Source of the DNA: Myxococcales bacterium
Lineage (GTDB): Bacteria; Myxococcota_A; Polyangia; Polyangiales; Houyiibacteriaceae
NCBI GenBank assembly: GCA_029861865.1
Contig: JAOTYL010000011.1
Span: forward strand, 84,517 to 148,516
DNA length: 64,000 bases
Reading direction: 5' to 3'
The number at the start of each line of letters is the position of its first letter. The first letter of the stretch is position 1. This document shows, piece by piece, positions 37,338-46,095 of this stretch. Both the position numbers and the translations under genes were made by a program. The notes under the pieces were generated by a model that was not told where the DNA came from, ran no database searches, and saw nothing but the letters and a program-made list of their open reading frames with translations.

Positions 37338-38236
37338 TCAAGCTCGCACCACAAACGCTTTTGCGAATCAGCATCACGGTGGCGGTCGCTTCGTGCCTAC
37401 TGCTCGGCGACGGCCTGCGGTCCGGAACGCACTCGGCTAGCGCACAGGAAGTGCACGTCACCGGCCCGCTTGCGGACAAACCGGCCGTCATGAAGCTTCG
37501 ACTCTGGCGTAAGAACAGGCTCCAGCTCGAGCCGTTTTTCGCGTTCACGTTTGGAGACGACTACTCACGTGCGTTGATTTTCGGCGCAGAGATCCGGTTC
37601 AGTTTCTTGGACTGGCTAGGCATCGGCGGCTGGGGCGGCGGTTCGTTCGTCAACCTCAATACCGACCTCACCCGGCAAGTGCGAGACAAAGGGGTCACCA
37701 CCAACCGCAACCGCTTGAGCCTCCCGAGCCGAGAGAACTTCCCCGACCAGGTCGGTCGAATGAATTGGATGGCCGGTGTCGACGCCCATTTCACGCCCTT
37801 TCGAGGCAAGCTCGCGATGTTCCAAAAGGTCTTCTTCGACGCGGACCTTGACTTCTTCGTTGGGGCTGCCTTTCTCGGGATCAGCGAGCGGTCGGACACC
37901 AGCATCCAGGTTGCGCCAGATGGCACACAGTTCTGCGATCCACCCGCAATGGACACCATGTGCCTCGGCAGCCAATTGGCCCGCTCCAAACGAGTCGCGA
38001 TCGCGCCGTCCTTCGGCGTGGCTTTCACGGCCTACTTCAAGGAGTTCATGGGGCTCGCCATCCGATGGCGAGCCTTCCCCTTCAAGTGGAACACCGGCGG
38101 CACCGACGAAGCGGGCCCAGACGGCAACTTCCCCGACGGCCGAATCGACAGCACCGACCGCCAGGGGCAGTTCAACCAGATGATGAGCATCGGCTTCATC
38201 TTCGTCCTGCCCCCAAAGATCAAGACGACAGACTAG
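37334..38236 (+). CDS. Outer-membrane beta-barrel protein, second of the tandem pair (GltB/NfsB-like candidate)
   Basis: Signal-like N-terminus ending SASAQE. Its core pattern parallels the first barrel (R..RLQLEPFFAFTFGDDY...GAEIRFSF.DWLGIGG). The C-terminus is MSIGFIFVLPPKIKTTD. Confidence 0.6.
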   Translation: MIKLAPQTLLRISITVAVASCLLLGDGLRSGTHSASAQEVHVTGPLADKPAVMKLRLWRKNRLQLEPFFAFTFGDDYSRALIFGAEIRFSFLDWLGIGGWGGGSFVNLNTDLTRQVRDKGVTTNRNRLSLPSRENFPDQVGRMNWMAGVDAHFTPFRGKLAMFQKVFFDADLDFFVGAAFLGISERSDTSIQVAPDGTQFCDPPAMDTMCLGSQLARSKRVAIAPSFGVAFTAYFKEFMGLAIRWRAFPFKWNTGGTDEAGPDGNFPDGRIDSTDRQGQFNQMMSIGFIFVLPPKIKTTD

Positions 38237-38260
38237 CCGCTGTCGCTGGCGCTGTACCCG

Positions 38261-38980
38261 CTACTGCCTCTTCCGAACCTCGCCCTTCTTGCCGAGTGAG
38301 TAGCCGTTCGGTAGCTTCTTCGTGACTTCGTCCTTCGATTCGGTGATCGACCAACCTCGCTCCACGAAGCCGTCTAGGATCATCATTCGCACGCGGACGC
38401 TCTCTTCGGCGAGAAGGGCCTTGGTCAGGGCCTCGATGGCTTGTTGGGCTTCGTCCTGCGCGAAGATCGCGCAGACCGCATGGAAGCGCGCGGTCTCATT
38501 CATGTCCCCGAGAAACCGGGTCACCGCCTCCACGATTCGGGGATCTTTGCGCTCCTCGAAGCTCGCGATGATGTCGATCTTTTTTTGTGGATCCCGCTCG
38601 TACTCGATGTCCATCTTCGACAGGAGCTCGAGGAGGGTCGCCGTGACCTCCTCATCGGTTTGAAGCTCTTTGAGGATCTTCAGCGGCCACGCGAGGGTGT
38701 CGGCGGTCTCGAGGAAGTCGCGGACCGGACCGATCGCCGCATCGCCGTTCTTCACAATGCCCTGAAAGGCGGCATTCTTTTCCTCGCCATCGGTGATGCT
38801 CGGGTCCACCCGAACGGTGAAGCGGGTCAGAAGCGCACGGAGGGCCTCGTCGGAGCCGTCGGCGGCGAGCACCTGGATGGATTCCCAGCGCTCGTGCTGC
38901 TGAGCGCGCTTGTTGGCGACGCGGGCGACGTGCTTCTTAATCCCGCCGCCACCGCCCTTGAAGACATCGAACAACCCCAT
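38261..38980 (-). CDS. Cytoplasmic helical-repeat (HEAT-like) protein of unknown function
   Basis: I prefer the ATG at 38980 (MGLFDVFKGGGGGIKKH...). The protein looks all-helical and acidic, with armadillo/HEAT-like periodicity. Confidence 0.5.
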   Translation of the reverse strand: MGLFDVFKGGGGGIKKHVARVANKRAQQHERWESIQVLAADGSDEALRALLTRFTVRVDPSITDGEEKNAAFQGIVKNGDAAIGPVRDFLETADTLAWPLKILKELQTDEEVTATLLELLSKMDIEYERDPQKKIDIIASFEERKDPRIVEAVTRFLGDMNETARFHAVCAIFAQDEAQQAIEALTKALLAEESVRVRMMILDGFVERGWSITESKDEVTKKLPNGYSLGKKGEVRKRQ

Positions 38981-39052
38981 GACGCGACAAGGCCTAGGCC
39001 GAACGGGCGGCTGGCGCAACGAGATGCATCCCTCGAGCGCAGGACTGCCCGG

Positions 39053-40504
39053 TCAGTGGATGACCACCGGCTTGAGACTTACCTGCCCGCCGATGGTCTC
39101 TACCTTGAAGCGCACCATCCGCGCCCCGTGCTTCTTGAGCAGATGCTCGGCGTTGCCTCGAAGCCGTTCGATAAACCGGTCCTCGGGAATGTTCGAGACA
39201 TCTTCCCCGACTGACTGTTTCGCAGCGATGTAGTCTCGAAAGAGCTGGGTGTAGTACTGGGCCTCGGGCTGCGCGGCGAGCGCTTCCGCGTCGGGATCGT
39301 CGTCTTGTACCGGTCCGCTCGAGCTCGTTGCTGGGAGCTCCTGGCTGTTCGTGCTGATCGCGTCCCAGCCGCCGCTGCTGGTCACAGCCCGACCTTCTTC
39401 GTCTTCCTCTGCGACCCCCATGAACAAATTGATCAACTGGTTCACGCGGTACGACAGGCCACCCAGCTCGGCAGTCTCGATCTCGAGCCGGACGTCGCCG
39501 CGCCCGTTGATGACCGCCAAGATGTCGTCCTCCATCCGCTCGATGGGCTCCATGATGTTGTTGGCTACGATGAACCCATAGATCGCCACGCCGATGAGCC
39601 CGAGCAAGGTCAGCCAGAGGATCATCGTGGCCACACCTGCCAGCTCCGTGCTCTTGCCGTGGTGGGCGAGGATGACGTAGCCCGCTTCTACACCGGACAC
39701 GTCGGGCAAAGACGCGGTCACTCCGACGTAGTCGTCACCCCGCAGCGGTGTCTTCCAAGGCGCCGTCCGCTTGCCCTGAAGCGCTGACTTGGTGGCTTTG
39801 TCGAGGGGGGCCGAGTAGAGCGCCTGCTGCAATGCATCGCGTACGCCGACAGAGGTCGAGGTGCTGTAGATCTTGTCGGAGGTGATGAACAGCAGGTCGT
39901 GCCCTATCAGCTTGGCCTCACGCTGCGCAAATCCGTTCGAAAGGTCGTAACCAACCAGAAGCGTTCCGACGACGCCGCCCTCGTCGTTTCGAACCGCAGC
40001 GACGGCAACCTGCACCAACTTGTCCTGATCGAGCCAAATTCCGTAGCGAGCTGCGCCGCTGGCGAGGACCTGCCGAAGGACGGGGACGGCGTTGAGGAGC
40101 GACTGCCCGACCATACGATTCGGATCGGTGTCTCGCGCGATGACCCGACCCGTCTCGTCGATGACCGCCACGATGTGTGGGCGCCCGCGACGCCCGCGCG
40201 CGGGGTCTTGGAACCACTTGGAAACCTTCTGAGCCGCGGAGAATGCACGGCCACGTCGTTTCTGTTCACCGGACGCCGTAAAGACGTAGCGAACTTGAGT
40301 GCTCGACGCGCGGTCCGAAACCCCTTCGACGAGCCTGGCTCCGTCGGCCCGCCAGGACCGCTCGAACAACTCCGAGTCCTCGTCGATCCGACCCTCGAGG
40401 GCCCTCGAGAGCCCGGTTTGAAGCTGGGTTCGCACCACCAGGTACGACCCCAACCCGACGAGCAACACCACGATGATGTTGCCCGCAATAAGCTTCAGGC
40501 GCAT
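39053..40504 (-). CDS. Sensor-like membrane protein: TM, Cache-like periplasmic domain, TM, HAMP-like linker, conserved C-terminal domain; no kinase/cyclase/MCP output
   Basis: TM1 is IAGNIIVVLLVGLGSYLVV, followed by a periplasmic region of about 250 aa. TM2 is MILWLTLLGLIGVAIYGFIV, then NNIMEPIERMEDDILAVINGRGDVRLE...LGGLSYRVNQLI. An acidic linker leads to the C-terminal ...YYTQLFRDYIAAKQSVGEDVSNI...LLKKHGARMVRFKVETIGGQVSLKPVVIH. Confidence 0.55.
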   Translation of the reverse strand: MRLKLIAGNIIVVLLVGLGSYLVVRTQLQTGLSRALEGRIDEDSELFERSWRADGARLVEGVSDRASSTQVRYVFTASGEQKRRGRAFSAAQKVSKWFQDPARGRRGRPHIVAVIDETGRVIARDTDPNRMVGQSLLNAVPVLRQVLASGAARYGIWLDQDKLVQVAVAAVRNDEGGVVGTLLVGYDLSNGFAQREAKLIGHDLLFITSDKIYSTSTSVGVRDALQQALYSAPLDKATKSALQGKRTAPWKTPLRGDDYVGVTASLPDVSGVEAGYVILAHHGKSTELAGVATMILWLTLLGLIGVAIYGFIVANNIMEPIERMEDDILAVINGRGDVRLEIETAELGGLSYRVNQLINLFMGVAEEDEEGRAVTSSGGWDAISTNSQELPATSSSGPVQDDDPDAEALAAQPEAQYYTQLFRDYIAAKQSVGEDVSNIPEDRFIERLRGNAEHLLKKHGARMVRFKVETIGGQVSLKPVVIH

Positions 40505-40745
40505 GCCGCGTCTCTCCTTAGGATGAGCCCCCCAGGGCTAATTCCCCCGTCGCTCGGGGGATTTGCACCGACCGAGCCCGGCTTATCACCGCGTCGTCGA
40601 GGGCGTCAAGCGCACGGCGCACCAAACTTCAAAGTCGCACCATATTTGAGCTCCAGCGCCCTGTGCTCACTGCCGAATTCCGAGCGTGATTAGGAGTCGG
40701 AGAAGTGGCGCCGGTGCCGGAGGGCGGTATCCTCCGCTGACGGCG

Positions 40746-42059
40746 ATGCCGAAGTCGTGGAGTATGATTTGTGACTGCCCTGAGCTGGCGGTCGATGTGG
40801 CGCGCGACGCCGAACGAATCGGCTTATCTGTCGAGGCGATCGTGGCGGACGAGCCGGCGGAAACGGCGATCGAAGCCATATCGGCGGGCAAGCCCACGGC
40901 CCTAGCACTCGAACGCGAGATCGCGGCCGACCAGGGCGTCCAACTTGCTGAAGCGATGAGAGCGCACGAAGCCACGGTCCCCCTCGCGGTCGTCGGCCCG
41001 CAAGCGCTCGGCCTCTTGCACGACCTGGGGCTGCCGGCCGTCCACGAGACCGGCCCGATGGTGGCGATCGTCGCGCTGCTCGAGCTGCCTACGGAGCACC
41101 CCTGGGCGGCGACCACCAAAGAGCTTCCCCCGGTGGACCGGGTTCGACTGGGCGATAGCGTGAGCCACCGGGCCGAAGGCCGGTTCGTCCGGATCGACGA
41201 CGGGATGATCGCGCACGAAAGCGATGGGGGCCATAGCCGTCCGATCGGTACCCCGCGGGACGTGGCGACGGCTCTTCGAGCGATGCGAGCTTCGCACGGA
41301 GCGTCCCGACCCAAGGTGCCCGTGGTGCGAGGCGTCGAAGCCGACGCGGTGTTGGATACGATCTTGGGGCCTAGGCGCGCGCTTTCTGATCCCGCGAGCA
41401 AAGCAGCCCTCGGTCCCTACGACGTACCCCTACCTGTCGAAGAGCTGTGTGCGACACCCTCGAGGGCCGCCTCCGAAGCCTCACGAATCGGGTTTCCAGT
41501 CCGGGTTGCGCTTGCATCACCCGATCTGCGACTCTGGGATCACCCTGACCTCGCGGCAGAGGTTTTCTCAGCCGCTCAGGCGCGAGACGCGTATCGGCAG
41601 ATTATGGCATTAGCCAGGAGCCGCTCCGAAGCCGCGCGCCTCCTCGGGGTCACCGTGAGCGCGGCGACGATGGCGCGGACCCTGTTGCACGTCCGGATGG
41701 AACCGCTGCCGAGCGGCCCCGTGCTCGCCGACATCGGCTTTGCCGACCCTCACGGTCGGGCGTCAGGGGACACCACGCAAACCGTCTTGCCGGCGACCGC
41801 GCGAGCGCTCGAACAGGTCCTGCTCAGGCTCCGTGGCAGCTCTCTGTTGCTGGAGGGCGGCGCTCAAGAGCGAAAGGAGGCAGTCAGCGCGATCGGCGAC
41901 GTGCTGATGCGACTCGCCGCGTTCGTGCACCAGTGGCGTGACCAAATCGAAGCCGTCGAGGTCAACCCGCTCGCGATCCTCGTCGGTGGCGAGCTCGAGG
42001 TCCGTCAGGCGTGCGTCACCGTAGGCGACGCATTCAGCCGATCCCTCCACGCCAGCTGA
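40746..42059 (+). CDS. CoA-ligase-like / ATP-grasp_5-like protein (ADP-forming acyl-CoA synthetase beta-like), possibly degenerate
   Basis: The C-terminal half shows the pattern ...ASKAALGPYDVPLPVEE...SRAASEASRIGFPVRVALASPDL...VEVNPLAILVGGELEVRQACV. Where family members usually have SP.I.HK.D.GGV, this protein reads SPDLRLWDHPDLAAEV. The start is uncertain (track gives 40686). Confidence 0.4.
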   Translation: MPKSWSMICDCPELAVDVARDAERIGLSVEAIVADEPAETAIEAISAGKPTALALEREIAADQGVQLAEAMRAHEATVPLAVVGPQALGLLHDLGLPAVHETGPMVAIVALLELPTEHPWAATTKELPPVDRVRLGDSVSHRAEGRFVRIDDGMIAHESDGGHSRPIGTPRDVATALRAMRASHGASRPKVPVVRGVEADAVLDTILGPRRALSDPASKAALGPYDVPLPVEELCATPSRAASEASRIGFPVRVALASPDLRLWDHPDLAAEVFSAAQARDAYRQIMALARSRSEAARLLGVTVSAATMARTLLHVRMEPLPSGPVLADIGFADPHGRASGDTTQTVLPATARALEQVLLRLRGSSLLLEGGAQERKEAVSAIGDVLMRLAAFVHQWRDQIEAVEVNPLAILVGGELEVRQACVTVGDAFSRSLHAS

Positions 42060-42060
42060 A

Positions 42061-42210
42061 CAGCGTCAGCGTCAGTGCCAGGGTCAGCGCCAGTGTCAGC
42101 GCCAGTGTCAGTGTCAGCGTCAGTGTCAGTGCCAATGTCAGCGTCAGTGTCAGTGTCAGTGTCAGTGCCAGTGTCGGCGCCAGTGTCAGGGCCAGTGCCA
42201 GTGCCAGTGC
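42061..42210 (+). repeat. (CAGNGY)n hexamer tandem repeat, 25 units
   Basis: Hand-parsed from 42061: cagcgt cagcgt cagtgc cagggt cagcgc cagtgt ... cagtgc cagtgc cagtgc. The array begins 1 nt after the upstream stop codon. The five frames visible in the ORF track, plus the CAG-phase plus frame I translated by eye, contain no stop across the array. Confidence 0.95.
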
Positions 42211-42304
42211 CACCCCGTAAAGCGACTTCGTCGCCACGGGGCAGGGTGCCAGCGGAGCCCCGTGGACGACGCAAAGCGTCGACGTTACGGGGTGCCGGTG
42301 TTAC

Positions 42305-45082
42305 TCAATTCGAGGCGAGGTAGCGGCCGGTGGCGGAGTTTGGGCACGCGGTGATGTCGGCGGGGGTGCCCGAGGCGACGATGCGTCCGCCGGAGGGGCC
42401 CGAGCCTGGGCCAAGATCGAGAATGAAGTCGGCGTTTCGGATCACGTCGAGTTGATGCTCGACGGCGATCACGGTGTGCCCATCGTGGACAAGCTGCTGC
42501 AGAACGGAAACTAGTTGCTCGACGTCTACGAAGTGCAGACCGCGCGTAGGCTCATCGAAGATGTAGAGGGTCGGGCTTCGCGCGGGCTGGGCGAGGTCTC
42601 GGGCGAGCTTGACGCGCTGTGCTTCGCCGCCGCTCAACGTGGTCGACCGGCGCCCGAGCTCGAGGTAACCGAGGCCCACCCGCAACAAAGCGTCGAGCCT
42701 GGACCGGATCGCGGGGACGGCTTCGAAGAGCGCGCGTGCCTCTTCAACCGGCAACGCCAATACCTCGGCGATGTTGAGGCCACGATAGCGAATCTGGAGG
42801 GTTTCGTCGTTGTAGCGGCGGCCACTGCACAGGTCGCATTCGACTTCGGCGTCTGGCAGCAGCTGCATCTCGATACGCTGCACGCCTTCGCCTTTGCATG
42901 CCGCGCAGCGCCCTCCTTTGGTGTTGAAGCTGAAGCGACCGGCGCGGTAGCCGCGCGCACGGGCTTCAGGAAGCCCCGCGAAGAGCTCTCGAAGCGGCGC
43001 GAGAGCTCCGATATAGGTCGCCGGGTTCGAGCGCGCACTCTTCCCGATCGGCGTCGCGTCGACATAAGACACGCGCGCAAGGCCGAGCCCCCCTTCGAGC
43101 ACGACGCCAGGCGGCACTTCTGCCAACAACCCCAGCTTCTCCCGGACCGCCGGAAGCAATGCGTCGACCACCAGCGTGCTCTTGCCGCTTCCACTCACTC
43201 CCGTCACGCAACACAGCGTACGAACGGGAAACTCGGCGCGTATCCCCCGAAGGTTGTGGAGCTTGTCGACGCGAATGCCGATCTTCCCAAACGATGTCGC
43301 GCGGGGCTGCTCCGGGGTGGGAACCCGACGGCGTCCCGAAAGATACGCGCCGGTGAGCGAGGACTCGTCAGCGATCACGGTATCGATGTCGCCCTCGGCC
43401 ACGACTTCACCTCCTCGCTCCCCAGCGCCCGGTCCCATTTCAACGAGGTGGTCTGCCGCGCGAGTAGTCTGTGGGTCGTGCTCGACCACTACGAGGGTGT
43501 TCCCGTTGTCCCTGAGCTCATGGATAGTCGAGACAAGCCGTTCAGCATCGGCCGCATGAAGACCCGCGGTCGGCTCGTCGAGCACGTAGAGCACCCCGGA
43601 GAGACGGGCACCGAGCTGAGTGGCGAGATGCACCCGCTGCGCCTCTCCTGCCGATAGCGAGCTCGCGCCGCGATCGAGGCTCAAGTAGTCGAGCCCGACC
43701 CGCTCGAGGAAGGTCGCACGGTCGGTAATCGATTGAACCAACGGCCGCGCCGCCAGTTCCAGGGGAGCGGGCCAGGTCAGCTCCTGCACCCACTCTCGAA
43801 GACGAGGGAGGTCGAACTCACTGGCGCGATCGATCGTCAGCTCACCGACACGCACCGAGCGCGCATTGGGATTGAGGCGAGATCCATGACACGCAGCACA
43901 CGCCTCCACGCGCGCGAATTGCCCGAGCTCGTCGTCGAGGAACTCAAACACCCGTTCCTCGTCTCCGCCCTCTGCGAGCTTTCGACGCGCGTACTCCCGA
44001 GCGCGTCGATCGAGCCCCGACAACACACCCTCGAAGCCCGCACCCCCTTCTAGGACGATACGTCTGTGTTTCTTCGATAGCTCCTCGAAGGCAGCGTCGA
44101 GGTCGACGCCGGCCTCCCCCACTTTCTCGAGCATCGATCGGTGGTACGCGAGCCCGGGTTTGCCCCACGCGGCGACCGCGCCACGGCGCAACGATCTCCC
44201 GGGGTCTGGAATCACCAGCTCTTCTTTGAACACCCGGGTTCGCCCCAAGCCGTCGCACGCCGGGCACGCGCCAAGCGGCGTGTTGAACGAAAAGAGACGA
44301 GGCGTGACCTTTGGAATCGATGCGTGCCCCTCGAAGCACGCATGGCGCTCGGAGTATCGGTACCGGTGGCCCCCCTCTTCACGGACAACCGCAAACCCAT
44401 CGCTCATCTGGTAGGCAAGCTCGACCGCTTCCGCCAGGCGCGAGTCGACCCCATCTCGAACCGACAGCCGGTCGATCACCACATCCACAGCAACACCCTC
44501 GGGCAGCTCAGACAGGTCTTCGAGATCGACTGCCGCATCGTCTACGCGCAGGCGGACAAAGCCTTTCGCTCGCAGGTTGTCCAGCACACCCTTCGAAACA
44601 CCCTCACCGGCTCGGATGACCGGAGCCAAGACCGAGAACCGGGTCCCCTCTGGGAGCCGCAACGTCTCTTGCACGACTTGGGCGGTCGAGTGCGCCCTCA
44701 GTCGCTCGCCGCACTGCGGGCAGTGGACCTCGCCGAGGGTTGCAAACAGAACCCGCAAGTAGTCTGCGATCTCCGTCAAGGTGCCGACGGTGGAGCGGGG
44801 GTTCCGCGACGACGCCCGCTCCCGTACCGCGATCGCCGGGCAGAGCCCCTCGATCACATCGACGTTCGGACGTGGAAGCTTGGTCAAGATTCGCCGCGCA
44901 TGTCCGCTTAATGACTCAACATATCGTCGCTGCCCCTCTGCGTAAAGGGTGTCGAATACGAGGCTCGACTTGCCGCTTCCGCTGGGCCCAGTGACCACTG
45001 TGAGTTGGCCCCGCGGCAAGCTGACATTCACGTTCTTGAGGTTGTGCTCCCGAGCGCCGCGGATGACGATGTCCGCGCTCAT
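42305..45082 (-). CDS. uvrA: Excinuclease ABC subunit A
   Basis: MSADIVIRGAREHNLKNVNVSLP. Two Walker A sites (GPSGSGKSSL, GVSGSGKSTL) and two ABC signatures (LSAGEAQRV, LSGGEAQRV). Zn-finger Cys pairs CPQCGERL and CAACHGSRL. The ATG at 45082 overlaps the pdxA stop (ATGA). Confidence 0.95.
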   Translation of the reverse strand: MSADIVIRGAREHNLKNVNVSLPRGQLTVVTGPSGSGKSSLVFDTLYAEGQRRYVESLSGHARRILTKLPRPNVDVIEGLCPAIAVRERASSRNPRSTVGTLTEIADYLRVLFATLGEVHCPQCGERLRAHSTAQVVQETLRLPEGTRFSVLAPVIRAGEGVSKGVLDNLRAKGFVRLRVDDAAVDLEDLSELPEGVAVDVVIDRLSVRDGVDSRLAEAVELAYQMSDGFAVVREEGGHRYRYSERHACFEGHASIPKVTPRLFSFNTPLGACPACDGLGRTRVFKEELVIPDPGRSLRRGAVAAWGKPGLAYHRSMLEKVGEAGVDLDAAFEELSKKHRRIVLEGGAGFEGVLSGLDRRAREYARRKLAEGGDEERVFEFLDDELGQFARVEACAACHGSRLNPNARSVRVGELTIDRASEFDLPRLREWVQELTWPAPLELAARPLVQSITDRATFLERVGLDYLSLDRGASSLSAGEAQRVHLATQLGARLSGVLYVLDEPTAGLHAADAERLVSTIHELRDNGNTLVVVEHDPQTTRAADHLVEMGPGAGERGGEVVAEGDIDTVIADESSLTGAYLSGRRRVPTPEQPRATSFGKIGIRVDKLHNLRGIRAEFPVRTLCCVTGVSGSGKSTLVVDALLPAVREKLGLLAEVPPGVVLEGGLGLARVSYVDATPIGKSARSNPATYIGALAPLRELFAGLPEARARGYRAGRFSFNTKGGRCAACKGEGVQRIEMQLLPDAEVECDLCSGRRYNDETLQIRYRGLNIAEVLALPVEEARALFEAVPAIRSRLDALLRVGLGYLELGRRSTTLSGGEAQRVKLARDLAQPARSPTLYIFDEPTRGLHFVDVEQLVSVLQQLVHDGHTVIAVEHQLDVIRNADFILDLGPGSGPSGGRIVASGTPADITACPNSATGRYLASN

Positions 45083-46095
45083 TCGGGGGTCCCACCCGTG
45101 AGGCGTTGCGCCGCACGGATGGCGGCGATCATTCCGCTTTCGGAAGCGGTCCCCGCGGCCGCCGCATCGTAGGCGACCCCGTGATCGACGCTCGTCCGGA
45201 CGAACGGAAGGCCCCAGGTGACATTCACCGCCTGACCCCAATCGAGGAGCTTGGACGGGATCGTGGCTTGGTCGTGAAACATCGCGACGATGCCGTGGGC
45301 ACGACCATCGGCTGCATGGCGGAACGCCGCCTCAGCCGGGGTCGGGCCACGGAGCTCCACCTCGCCGCCCGAAAACCGCGGCTCCTCGCAAAGGTGATCG
45401 AGCGCGGGACTGATGATCGTTTCCTCTTCGGTCCCTAGGAGGCCGCCCTCGCCCGCGTGTGGATTCAGCCCCGAGACCTCGATGCGAAGAGGCCGCTGAT
45501 CGGGAAGCCACCGCATCAATGCCTCGGCGAGATGATGCACGGTGCGTTTGATGTGCTCGGCCGTGATCGTCGACGGCACTCGCTTGATCGGCCAGTGCGT
45601 AGCCACCAGCGCCACCTTGAGCCGCGGCCCGAGGAACATCATCGTGACCCGCTCGACGTGGACCCCGGCTCGTCGAGCCAGGTGCTCAGTCTGACCGCGG
45701 AACGAAACCCCGGAAAGGTACACTGCTTCTTTGCTGACCGGCCCGGTCACAAGCGCCCGAGTGTGCCCGGCGATGGTTGCATCGCATGCCGCATCGAGAG
45801 CGCGGCATTGCATGGCGCCACCGTCGATGGTCGGTGCTCGAGCCTGTACCATGGCCAACGGCCAATCCGCGACGTGAACCAGGCCGACTTGTCCCTGCGC
45901 GAGAGCCGAGGCATCGGCCGACTCGATGCGCTTGACCGACTCCAACCCTAGGGTTCGAAGCGCTTCTTCCATCCAGGCCGCATCGCCGTAGACCACGGCT
46001 CTGTCGGCGCCGATACACTGGGCCAGTGCCGCCGCCGTCACCACAGGGCCCACTCCTGCCGGGTCACCTGTCGAAATCGCGAGCGGTGCGAGCAT
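45079..46095 (-). CDS. pdxA: 4-hydroxythreonine-4-phosphate dehydrogenase PdxA
   Basis: MLAPLAISTGDPAGVGPVV..., GLNPHAGEGG, and TSVDHGVAYD near the C-terminus. The ATG at 46095 shares 1 nt with the upstream stop (TGATG). Confidence 0.85.
   Translation of the reverse strand: MLAPLAISTGDPAGVGPVVTAAALAQCIGADRAVVYGDAAWMEEALRTLGLESVKRIESADASALAQGQVGLVHVADWPLAMVQARAPTIDGGAMQCRALDAACDATIAGHTRALVTGPVSKEAVYLSGVSFRGQTEHLARRAGVHVERVTMMFLGPRLKVALVATHWPIKRVPSTITAEHIKRTVHHLAEALMRWLPDQRPLRIEVSGLNPHAGEGGLLGTEEETIISPALDHLCEEPRFSGGEVELRGPTPAEAAFRHAADGRAHGIVAMFHDQATIPSKLLDWGQAVNVTWGLPFVRTSVDHGVAYDAAAAGTASESGMIAAIRAAQRLTGGTPE

Noticed and set aside
42005-42323. ORFs made of (LT)n, (VS)n, (DTG)n and (SVP)n across the 25-unit hexamer array. 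I also considered stop-codon readthrough extensions of the upstream genes at 32780 and 42060.
   Set aside because: - The array is stop-free in the five frames shown in the track and in the remaining plus frame I translated by eye. The ORFs are therefore artefacts.
- The repeat phase relative to the upstream stop differs between the two sites (CAG-phase at 32780, shifted at 42060).
- A conserved readthrough tail is therefore unlikely.
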